Shown here in pieces: positions 25,662-36,778 of a stretch of 64,000 nt of DNA (its first letter is position 1; each line of letters opens with the position of its first letter). A model generated the notes under the pieces. It was not told the origin of the DNA and did not search any database. It worked only from the letters and a program-made list of their open reading frames with translations. Origin of the DNA: Antedon mediterranea (Eukaryota > Animalia > Echinodermata); contig NC_092674.1 in assembly GCF_964355755.1 (NCBI RefSeq), positions 3,906,001 to 3,970,000 of the forward strand, in the 5' to 3' direction. A program made the position numbers and the translations under genes.

Positions 25662-27424
25662 TTAACGTTTTTTCTTTTTCTTACTTTTCGGAACATCTAG
25701 ACTATAGCTTCTCTTATTTGTTGTTATCAGTTTAGAAGCTACATGGTGTAGACCTAAATCTTTAAGGTCTTTAACTAATTCTTTCGCACCATCAGCAAAT
25801 ACATTCTTTGTTTTTTCAAGATGCATGATTAAAGACCATTGATCTGTATACGCATTCTGTGGCACTTCATACACACTTCCCACTCGTTTTGCTTCATCTT
25901 TCGAAAGTGCTTTCCCGAGTCCCATCAGTTGTTGTCGATAGGCCGAAAATGATGTAATTTCACCGTCTTTGTTTGCGTCACTGAGTAGTTTCACATCCTC
26001 TACAACTCCACGAGTATCTGTCACTTTCACCATGTCGATTAGAACTTTGTAGTTTGTACGCGTAAGATCTCCACAAACCTTCAAAGTATCGAACAAGCTG
26101 GATACGTATTTGTGTTCTTCTGCATCTTGTATAATGTCCTTGAACAGCAGTCTCAGCATGGTTATTTTGTCTCTGTCTTGGTACCATTGTGATGTCTTTG
26201 ACAGCATGACATTAAACTCCTTGGATTCTAACTCTAAAGAAAGTGAACGGATTTATGTTGTGATGTGACGTAACTAATTGGAACAGGTTACTTATTGTAG
26301 GCCTATATTGGAGAAATAAATTAAATACTAATACAAATAGGTAGCCCTCTATTCATTATAAACGTAATTAAAACTGTTAAACAGAATGGTTAGACTACCT
26401 TTAAGTGCTGATGTCACATCTTCGTTCAGATCTGCTAAAACAAAAATAAAATCTTGTCATCACTGAATATTTAAAGTTTAAAATAAACATGGGCCTACAA
26501 TAAAAAAAAAATAACAGTAAAATATGAATTATTTTTTCAATCTAGTTTACCTTGTGCTGCTGTTGACGTCGATTGTGATTGTTCTTTAGTCACTGTAAGT
26601 TTTGACAGATTACCTGAAATAATAATACATTTATATATAAATAACTATTTTTTTAAAATAAATTTCTTACACGCTAAATACGCCTTGCATGAAGCAAGGA
26701 AATATCATATTGCCTCTGGTAAATATGTTAATTGTTTGAGCACATCAATCAAAATCAGTCAACCAAAATCATTAGTTACCCACCAAATTATATAAAAAGT
26801 ACAAAATATAAAAATAATCGTTACCAAAAGAGGTGTTCTTACATACACGAGTTATACGTACAGATAACTGAATTATGTTAAATTAAAGATAAATATTGTT
26901 TTATACACACCTAATTTTTTCTTTGCTGTTGAGTTAAGGTTACTTGCAAACCGTTTTATCTTCACTTTTGTAGAGTCTAATCGTCCATGTTTCTCCAGGT
27001 GGAATACCAGATCCCAGATATTGTCAAAGCCTTTGTGACCTAGTTTGTAGGAAGCACGTAGTTTGCGCAGATCATCATCTCCAACTGCCATCAGAGCTTC
27101 ATACAATGCTTTTCGATAAGGTGAAAGTCCCTTTCCCTTTTTAGCATCGTTGGTGTAGTCTTTTATGACATCTTTATCTGACTGCAAATTTGTCACTTCG
27201 GCAATTTCTGATAGAAGGTTTATTTTGGTGTATCTTATGTCCCCCGATTCTTGGAGTTTATAAAATAAATCCAACCCATCGATACCTTTAAAGTCTAACA
27301 GTGAGAGGGGTATATAATCATAAAGAAGAAATCTTAACAATAGGAATTTATCACCTTCATATTCGTTACTAAGATCTCTAAGAAATTCTGCAAAGCGATC
27401 TTTGTTTTCTTGTTCATCTCCCAT
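25662..27424 (-). CDS. Multi-DED gene copy C, intact: four divergent DEDs, Ser/Thr-rich linker and C-terminal polybasic NLS-like tail (~394 aa)
   Basis: Coding exons 27424-26911 (514 nt), 26613-26551 (63), 26434-26399 (36) and 26233-25662 (572) total 1185 nt, open, with canonical phase-1 AG/GT junctions. Both large exons show the tandem-DED pattern with the S-x-YR start of the second DED; ends PKSKKKKKR*. Confidence 0.88.
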
Positions 27425-27639
27425 TCTGTCGGATAGTAAAATAAAGTGATAAAAATGATAAGATGATCAGGATCAGGATTGTAGTCATAGTGGTGGTGCA
27501 AGAGCGGTGTACAGGAATTATGGATATAATTTGCCAGTTTGTTATCTAGTATTGGAACTGCCATGCCTATTATGAAATATACAAAAGACGGTTATAGAAT
27601 ATTTGGCCAACTATTAGGAAGTAGCAGGTTTATCAAATT

Positions 27640-27785
27640 GCTATGATTGATTTGTAGATGATTGCAATCCCACGGTGTCTGTCACCAACTCTTGAGACAT
27701 TCAGAAAGGTTCGAATAACCCGATGAAGTAAATTCCGCAGGATCTTCTTCACCAAGCCAAGCTTCAATCAACCAAAATATTTATT
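27640..27785 (-). mobile_element. Degraded LINE endonuclease remnant
   Basis: Frameshifted translation LIEAWLGEEDPAEFTSSGY / FLNVSRVGDRHRGIAIIYKS resembles the APE-endonuclease ETWL...GY...R..GG.AI motif. Confidence 0.5.
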
Positions 27786-28097
27786 GCAGCAACCACGTAG
27801 GCCTATCAATCACTTGGGAACAATATTGAAAATTGTAGGCCTATAGGCTTTATCAACTATTTATGATGATATTGTATACTCTATAATAACTTTTTCATGC
27901 AGTAACAAGTTTATTTTGTATGTTTGCGTTTATGTACACACTAAACAAAGCAAGACATGCTTTAGATGGTGACCGTAAACAATGTACCTAGTTTAGTTCC
28001 TATTCTTATTCACACATAATTTGAGGAATCCTTATTATCGGTCGTGGAGCTAAAGTCTAACCGGAAACACCCATAGTTAGTCATAGATTCTAAATAG

Positions 28098-28172
28098 TTT
28101 TTAGTCGCGTGCAAACGCGACTCTACTGCTGAAGTCGGTCGGTTCGACTGCAGCCATGTATATGGCCTTGTT
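28098..28172 (+). mobile_element. Internally deleted Helentron-associated (DINE-1/HINE-like) element
   Basis: TTTTTAGTCGCGTG..CGCGACTCTA start and GCCAT..ATGGCCTTGTT hairpin end, as in 51805-51997. Confidence 0.65.
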
Positions 28173-29221
28173 TTATAACCTTTTTGTCGGTAAACAATAT
28201 AATGTTGTGCTCGAGCACTAACTAAATTTAATTAGTAAACAGAGTTACGTTACGTGGTTAAAAACAGTATGTATAGGCCTACAAACTTTCTATGCCATTG
28301 AGTAAACAGATTCTAGCAGTTCTTTTCGCGATTTACTCAATTTTGTTCTTACATAATTTATATTATATAACTTTTGTTTTATGGCCTCAAAGTAGATATG
28401 CCTACGTATTTTGATTTTAGGTTCATGTTGTAGCCTTTTTTAGGATTTACAACTGTACATTACCTTTGCTCTATGCTTGATTTGTGCAAATCTGTTGATT
28501 GAGTTTTCCTCGTCAATACAGTGGTAACTTTGTTCATGCAAAAATAATAAAAATCACAGTACAGTACAGTAGAAAAACACACTGCTCAAAATATAAAAAA
28601 TATGAAATATTTTATTATAATTAAATACAATTTTCATCACAAATTGCAAATAACAAAAATATATAGTCCCATAAAAATGTTGATGAATGATAAAATACAA
28701 CTACTGCTACTACTTTTTTGGGATTTGGAAACCAGTGACTATACAGTTCAGGTTTGCTAACTTTTATGGCAAACTGATTGATTATAAATACAGTCAATCA
28801 TACCAGGGAAGAGTTAAATTAAAATTGTAATTTAACTCTTCCCCGATCATACAGTTTTTCTACTTGACTTGATAAAATCTTCTGCTAAGCAAGTCAGCAA
28901 TCCAAGCGGTATTTAAAGATGAAACATTCATATTAATTAATCTGGAACGTAGAAGGCTTTAAAAAACCAGTGAACAAAATGTGAAAGACAGTGTAGAAGA
29001 ATTGTCAGCATACCTATGCAACAAATAAATAAGGCTGACATTAAGTGTGGCATAGGAGGACTTTCTTAGTAGCAACAGTGTTGGAATGTTTCCAATCAGT
29101 AGGTAGATGTAGTAGAAGTTTGTAAAGACGAAATAATGATACGGGATAAATTCAAATGAGAACGTTTTAATAAAACGAGCAGAAATTAAGGATGCTTTTT
29201 GTTCAGAATCCGAAGACTCAC

Positions 29222-32200
29222 CTGTTTCTGCTTTAACAAGTTTCATCTCTTCTCTATCACTGATCGGCAATTCTTCTGTTTTGCCGCCTATGTAAAAGGA
29301 ACAAACAAATACCATCATATTAGTGTTAAAAATTGAACATGTACAGTACTTTTATTAATAGATTCTCGTACAAATATGAGGAAAATGAAATTCAAGAATA
29401 GGCCTAAGTGCAAGGCCATACAAAAAAAAACAAAATGAAAAAGTAACAGAAATGAGAAAATATAAAAATAAACATTAATTTAAAAAGCTAAACTAAGCCC
29501 AGCCGGACACCAACCCGGTATTTCAGGGATAACTCTAAAATCAAATTTATGCAGTTCAACTAGATTTAAATATATTAATATATTAAGATCATCTGAAATG
29601 TTATTCCAGAGCTTACTGCCATAAAATGAAACACTGTCTGTTTTAAATTTAAGAATGCTAAAGTTTCTACTATTAGCTTTTCTAGTATTATAGTTTATTT
29701 TCTGTGATATGAAAACGGTCATAAAGATATAGAGGAGCATTTAAACTAAAGATTTTATATACATAATTATTGCTTCTGTATTGTACATTTCTTTGATGAA
29801 GATTTAGGTTAAGGTTTTGTAAGGCTTGTGTGCTAGAGTCATACCGTGAAGACCTAGTAATAATCTTGGCAGAACGGTTTTGCAGAATTTGGAGTTTCTT
29901 AAAGCATTTTTTACTAATGGCAATGGCCCAGACAACACTGTAGAGCTATTAGTGTTTATATAGGTCACATTGAATTTTTTTAGAAACAAGTGTGCTTGCC
30001 TTTCTTAAATAATATAAAATCCTGGTAAAAGGTATTTTGCCTTTACATGATTTTTCCACGTATGGTTTTCATCCATTTCCAACCCAAAGTGTTTACAGCA
30101 TTTTACTCTTTTAAGAATTTGATTGTCAATTTTAATATTACAATCAATTCAGCTCCTCCTCCCCTTATATCAGCCAAACAATTGTTAGTTTTTACTTGTA
30201 ATGGCAGTAAAATGTAGTAAACGATGTAGACACCTTCAAGTGTGGCAAGAAGGACTTTCTTAGTAGCAATTCAGTGTTGGAATGTTTCCAATCAGTAGGT
30301 AGGTGTAGTAGAAGTTTGAAAAGACGAAATAACGATACAGGATAAATTCAAATGAGAAGGTTGTAATAAAACGAGCAGAAATTATATCTTATGTCTGGTC
30401 CACTTGCTTTCCTACATTTCATTTTATTTTATTTAGGATGTTCACAACTTCCCAAGGTTTTACATGACGTGGCTTAAGAGCAGATAAGAAAATATGTAAA
30501 GATTTTCTATCAAAGGGCTTACGATCTTATATTACTACTGTACAACGTACAGACAGCGTCATCAGTATCTTTGTCAATGTTTAAATTCAAACAGTATTTC
30601 TAAACATTTTGGCCAATCATAATGCGTATACTTCTGTACCAATCAATGGATGAAAGTGTTGAATTTTGACTACATAGAAAAATTGTTTTGCTTTACAAAT
30701 AAGGTGATTGATTATTCAATTCCTCGTATAAGGAAAAAACACACTTTAACGTTAAAGTTAACATTTACGGGCTCGTGCGAAAACTCCCTATAGACATTTA
30801 AAAGAAAAAGTAAGGTCCCAAGTATGGAACCATGGGGTATCTGAAACACACTATTACGAACATTTGAGGTTATACCAAATATTTGTTACATGACATCTAT
30901 AGTTGAGGTAATTCTCAAACTAAAATTACACCTTCACTAAAAGAAAAATATTTCAGCTTTGTAAGTAAAATAATATGGTCCATGGTATCAAAAGCCTTCT
31001 TAAGATCTAAAGATCTAAACTAGACCAGTGTATTTCCCAGAATCAATCCATCCATTTATCCAATGTTCTGTAATATCCATTAAGAAAGCTTTAATACTCA
31101 GTACTGAATATCTCATCTCTGTCATTCTAGCCACGTTGATAATGAAAGTAAAGGATGAATAAAAAATAAATAAATAAAATATAAATATTTAAAATTTATT
31201 TTTGTAATCAACTAAAATAAATGAAATGACAATGAAAATCATATATTCCTTTATAGCTAAAGCTATATCTAGTTATTAATTTCATTTTGAATTCTTGTAT
31301 TTTACTTCCTTGGATGTAACATATATACATGAGAAGAATCTAGAGACTCACCTGTTTCTGATTTTACAAGTTCTTTCTCTTCTCTAACAATACCCCATTC
31401 ATTATCCTCGAGGAAGTTGGCCAAATCAAATGTTTCACCCGATTCCTCTATAAAGAAATAAAAATTCAACTGATAAATATTTATATTAGTCTCTTTATCA
31501 ATTTGCACAACCATTTTTTTTTCTGTTCCTGATATTACCATGTTTTTATAAAAATAAAATTTAAATAGGTGTGTAAAGAGTGTAAAAAACACATCTTACC
31601 CAAATCAAACACCTGTAGTAATCAACATGTTATTAATTGAAAGTGACTTGGATGATCTGGTGGTACAAGGCCTACTGTAGTTTTCACATTTTGTGATGTG
31701 AAATGAGCGATAGTTTTGCAAAAAAATTTTTTTTTAATATTCATCTTTTGTACAATGTTTAGTCTTCATCTAATTAATTTGAAGTGGTTTGGATGAGTCT
31801 CATTAAATAAGCCATACATTGTGTACACTTCATGCTTACGTTGCACAGGGACCTATTTCTCACCTTCTAGCTTATGTAGTGACTTTTCAAATTCATGTTT
31901 ATCAATGTGTGTCGTCCACTTTTTAAGAAATTCTTGCCCATCTTCCTTTGCAACTAATATGCCTGCTAAATCTTCAAGAAGTTTGCGGCTTAGATGCAGT
32001 TTCCAAAGATTCACAAGGGCATATGGATCGATGACAGATAAATAGAACATTACACTTCCGAATACTATATCATTTAGTTGAAAGCCAATGCGACGAAAGC
32101 ACTGATAACAACTCTTAAAAAATGGCTGCTTCTTATCACAAGGTTGTGGTGCCAATTCTGACAGTTGAGTTATTTCGAAAGGTGGTAGAATATTCTTGGT

Positions 32201-34252
32201 ATTTCTTTGTGCTGATAGACCAATGTCAGTTTTTGGAGATGTTCGATCTTCAGCGGCAGGATTTTCCAGTTTTACTGTTAATAGTATGTCAGCACCTTTA
32301 AAATTACAAATAATGTTAAATACACTAACTAGATTTTAACTCAGATCGGGTGATTTCTCTATCACGTTGGCATTTACAGTATTTGAAAGGTTCCTAGTGC
32401 CAATAAATGAACTGCACATCCTTACACAATACATGTTAATTGACCTTAAACGACCATTGAAGTCCATAATGGTTGTAATTATTATGACATTTTGAGACTT
32501 AAAAATTGTAAGATAATAACTCTTGCATTTCTTACAAATTGAAAAAAAAAAGATAGGAAAAACCTAATGTTTCAGTGTTCACAGATGCCCTATTTCACTT
32601 TGGTAGTATTCCTACATGGTACAATGTGTTGTTACAATTACTATTACTGTACCAAAAAAAAATGTTTACTCCAAATTTATACTATTTTCGGAACACAAAA
32701 TAATATATCCATAGTGCGCAAATTCGCACAATTACCTTTGGTAAGAGGCTTCTCCGGTATTCCTAGTTGTCGCAAAGTTTGAATAAATTGTTCAAGTTTT
32801 TCTCTTTCTTCACAGATAATTGTTTTTTGTTCTAGATCCATTATCAGATGCCAATTATCTTCATAATTCTTTGGAGGATCATTATATGCCTGATTAATTT
32901 TGTCCAACTCATCTGTTTTCAATGCATGTCCAAGATCTAGAATTCGTTGTCTAAAATGAGTAAATGTTGATATTGGTTTTTCTTTTGCGATAGGGAAAAA
33001 GATTGCACCAAACTGTTTTGTTACCTTTATGGTATCATGAAGAATTGTAAGATTTGTTGAACTTAGATATCTAGAAGAAATCAATTCATCCAGTAATTCT
33101 TTTGTTTTATTTGCGTTATCCAAGTTACAATCTTCAATATGATCCTGATACAAAACTTTCAGCATCCTTAGAGGCCTCTTTCTATCATACCAAGTTGAGA
33201 CGGTGACTAGAGTTTCTTCAAAACCAACATCAGACATTGCTATAAAAAATCAAAATGAATTACCAATATTGTATCTGAGAAACAGATCAGGTTAAAATTT
33301 TTTACGAATATTTCTTATCTTCTTAAAGATGTATTGTCCCCCTGAAAAAATAATTATTGACAATTTTTGTTGTTGAATATGCCATTTTAATGTCAAATAA
33401 TACCGGTAGGTATCCAATTTGATCCAAAATTGCTGCCAGCCAATGGATTTTTGGTTGAATTTAACCATTTATTTAGTCATTTTATAAGTAATGAATAACT
33501 TTATTAAAACTACAAAATGGCCTATATTCAAAATCTAATTTAATTAATCTTCATTGTTTTTTTGGGGGGACACATTTTTTCATACATTATAATTTACTGT
33601 ATGTAAAAAAAAATAAAATATCAGAAATTATAATGTTTTACTCAAATATGAATATGAAAGAAATAAATGTTTATTTGATTTGAATAATAAATTATTTATT
33701 ATTATTTATTTATTTATTTTTAAATAAACACATACCTAAGCCCAATAGAATATTCTTTGCTCGAGGTCCAAGACACTTGGCAAATCTCTGTATTGTGTCT
33801 GTATCCTTTGCATCTAATTTTGTAGTACGCTCAAGTTCGAACACTACATCCCATATATTGTCAAACTTGAGGTGCTTTATCTCATAGTATGAAATAACAC
33901 AATTTACGCCTTCTGAGCAAACTAGTATCAAGGCCTCATACAGACGTTTTCGATAAGACGATAACTTTTCTCTATCTGTATTTTGCACATGGTTGCCATC
34001 CATATACTGAGTAATTAGATCTTCAGCACCTCTTTTATTGGATACTTTGGCAACCTCCAACAAAAGGCCTACATCATGAGGTGTAATATTTAATTCATTT
34101 AATAAATCATGTGCACGAGACTTTGGAGAGCTAAGATCTCCTATTGGTACATGGTCGAATAGGAGGAATTTCAACTTAAGGTAATTTTGACCCTCATAGA
34201 ATTTACTAATTTCTCTTTTTAAGTCTCTAAACTTATCTTCAAGATTAGCCAT
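29222..34252 (-). CDS. Multi-DED gene copy D: tandem DED + tandem DED + TRADD-N-like domain + two acidic mini-exons; 3' end unresolved
   Basis: Coding exons 34252-33736 (517 nt; acceptor at 34273, in-frame TAA upstream of the ATG), 33239-32736 (504), 32295-31864 (432), 31447-31352 (96) and 29287-29222 (66); all AG/GT, phase 1, open when joined. Confidence 0.82.
29420..30150 (-). mobile_element. Degraded LINE 3' fragment in a gene D intron
   Basis: Remnant motifs KHFGLEMDENHTWKNH and YNTRKAN...SFYGSKLWNNI. Confidence 0.65.
31864..32295 (-). CDS. Exon of gene D encoding a TRADD-N-like domain
   Basis: GFQLNDIVFGSVMFYLSVIDPYALVNLWKLHLSRKLLEDLAGILV matches the G-S-h-h-h...AL..LW....SG.L...L...LV signature of TRADD-like N-terminal domains; acceptor ttttaaag|, donor G|gtgaga. 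Confidence 0.68.
33327..33574. mobile_element. Short Kolobok-type derivative related to 20439-23284, in a gene D intron
   Basis: TTAA|AGATGTATTGTCCCCCTG ... TTTTGGGGGGACA; the right end is decayed. Confidence 0.72.
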
Positions 34253-35370
34253 CTCGATGAATTAATTTGTTTCCTGCAAAAACAAAATGGAATATAACTA
34301 TATTTATAAATGTTTTTGAATTGAATGAAAAACATTTTCATTGGTTGAATAAACAGTATAGAAATTACCGTACAATATGTTTACTGGTAAAAGAGTAAGT
34401 AAGTACAACGTTAATATGACTGTCACTTTTATTTATAATTTAAGTTATCAGTTACGTTACGATAGTTTTACAGTAAAATAATAATTAATTAGTAGGCGAA
34501 ATGCAGTGTGAGGCCCTTAAGGCCGCCCATACGTATGACGTATGGAGTTGGAGAAAATGAGAAACAACGTGCGTAGACCGCCATATTGTTCGTTTGACCA
34601 TGGATAAAAGAATAGAAGGATATGCATCGACGGTGACATCAAACGATTTTACAACGCGCTTGCCTATACTAAAGCACTGCTGCCAATCAAACAAACACGT
34701 TCATTGAACTCCGTGTCTCTAACCGCGGCCCTCTGTAAAACGCTGCGAATCAACTGTTACATTTTTTGAGACCAAAACGTAATCATGTAGAAATCGTATG
34801 CGCAGTCTGAATGTTCTATTGACATGTCTGCGTCGATGATTAATTGACAACAAAAATATATTGCTGAATAATTCTGTTTTAGTTTCATCACAATCGGACT
34901 ACGAAAAGTTCACTTTCTTACGACTGGTAATTTTAAGTAGTTGGTAATATTATTAATAAAATATGCAAATTTTATAGTTGAATTATCATTATTTGCCTGC
35001 CATCTTCTGTCATTAAAAATTGCGTTAATCTATAGAATATTAAATTATGCATTTGACCATGTATGTTGTTAGCGTGGCCGGTGTTCACCCATACAACAAT
35101 CGTGCTTTTAATATATGGCTAAGCAGTGGTTTCTTCATAAATCTCCTTAATTATCGATGTGATTATATTTAAATTGTAGTGCCTGGTGATTGGCTAGTGG
35201 TTATGTCATCCACATCACATCCAATCACCGGGTCTAATTGAATGAAAACAGCGATCCCTGATCCGGGATTGGCTGGCTATGTATAGTTGCGATACGTTAC
35301 CTAGCGGTCGTTTTGAAAAGTACACGCAGGGCAAACTTAATCACGAACAAACGAAGTACAGTACCTATTA

Positions 35371-36437
35371 GGGTGTCACGAAACCTAAGACCACGAAAGC
35401 TCAGACCCCCTAAGACCTAAGATCACGAAAGCTAAGACCCAACACCTAAGATTACAAATACTAAGATATACTACAGCTTAAAAACAATACTTGTTTATCC
35501 ATACATAATTTTAAACACAGTAGGTTTCATTTATTACCATAATTTAATACTACCGCAAAACATAGATAAACTCACATTATTTTCGCCCGTTGAGTAAATG
35601 TATATTTTTTCTTTACAACAAACAAACTTGACGGGTTGTTTGTTGGTATATATTTACTCCATTGTGTTGGTTCAGAGGATGTTTTTCTTACGCACCTGCC
35701 TTTCTTGTATTTTGACTCCAAATTTGTTGACTAACTTTATCCTGAACACCACACTTTAAAATTAGGACTTATAAGTACTTTCAGAAAGAGAAACACATAA
35801 TAACAAATAAATAAATCCTTTAAATTGATGATTTTACAGATGTGTTTCTTTGTATACTGTATATACTCGAGCTCCCCACGCTCAATGTTTTTGTTTCTAT
35901 GGAGCGCCAAAAGAGCAACAATAATAGTACAAGTATAAAAACAGAAAGAAAACGAAACAAAAAAACTTATCATGATTTTTAAATTAAAATTTATTTGCCA
36001 GTATTTATTTCTTCGTACTTGCATGATTATACTATTATCATTACAATTTTAATTTTACATTGTTCCATCCACACTGTAGATGGACTCCACAGAGTTTTCA
36101 GCCCTCTATATAATTTTTGCTCTTTTGACGTTCCATAGAAACAAAAACATTGAACATGGCCCATGGGGTAGGCCTACTGTACTGTAGGCTAGTCATTTTG
36201 TGTGTGAGAAAACGTCTGTAAAATCATCAATTTAAAAATGTATTTGTTACTTTTTATGTGATTCTTTTTCATGAAAGTGCCAATTCTAAGGTGTGGTATT
36301 CAGAATAAATGTTGGGAGTTAAAATACAAGGCAGGTGCGAAAGATAAATATTTGTAATCTTAGGTCTGGGTCTTAGCTTTCGTGATCTTAGGTCTTAGGG
36401 GGTCTTCGCTTTCATGGTCTTAGGTTTCGTGACACCC
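35371..36437. mobile_element. Mutator-like MITE (copy 1) with long, internally repetitive TIRs
   Basis: GGGTGTCACGAAA ... TTTCGTGACACCC; 10-bp TSD GTACCTATTA; near-identical inverted copy at 45770-46858. Confidence 0.9.
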
Positions 36438-36778
36438 GTACCTATTATTATTCACACAAGAAGTAAGACAACGGTGAGTATATAGATCATGATTACACGT
36501 TGTATCTACTACACTTAAGATTAGCCTAGGCCTACCTAGGCAGTATCAATGTTGGCAAATCATATGGTTTAGGCCTAGTCCTAGTATCCTTGCTGATTTT
36601 GTAATTTTACATGTAGGCCTAGGCTGAGACAACAAATAGTTATTGTAAAAACATTAGCGTAGATCAATCGCGGCAGAAACCTATACTAATTACAATTATA
36701 GCATCTACAATTCCTCATCAGAAAGGTTATAATTACATTCGTCGTCGTATAAATTGTTCGTCGCCATTGTTGCTAGCG

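Noticed and set aside
31600-31863. Extension of the TRADD-N-like exon to the G|GTAAG donor at ~31600
   Set aside because: Contains in-frame stops; the phase-1 G|GTGAGA donor at 31863 gives a clean frame.
35371-35470. Short regularly spaced repeats (CACGAAA.CT.AGAC) resembling a CRISPR array
   Set aside because: Sub-terminal repeats within MITE TIRs; no unique spacers, no cas genes, eukaryotic context.
35737-36024. Hydrophobic MQVRRNKYWQ ORF present twice (also 46189-46404)
   Set aside because: Both lie inside two copies of the same MITE and diverge by frameshift; no sign of coding constraint.
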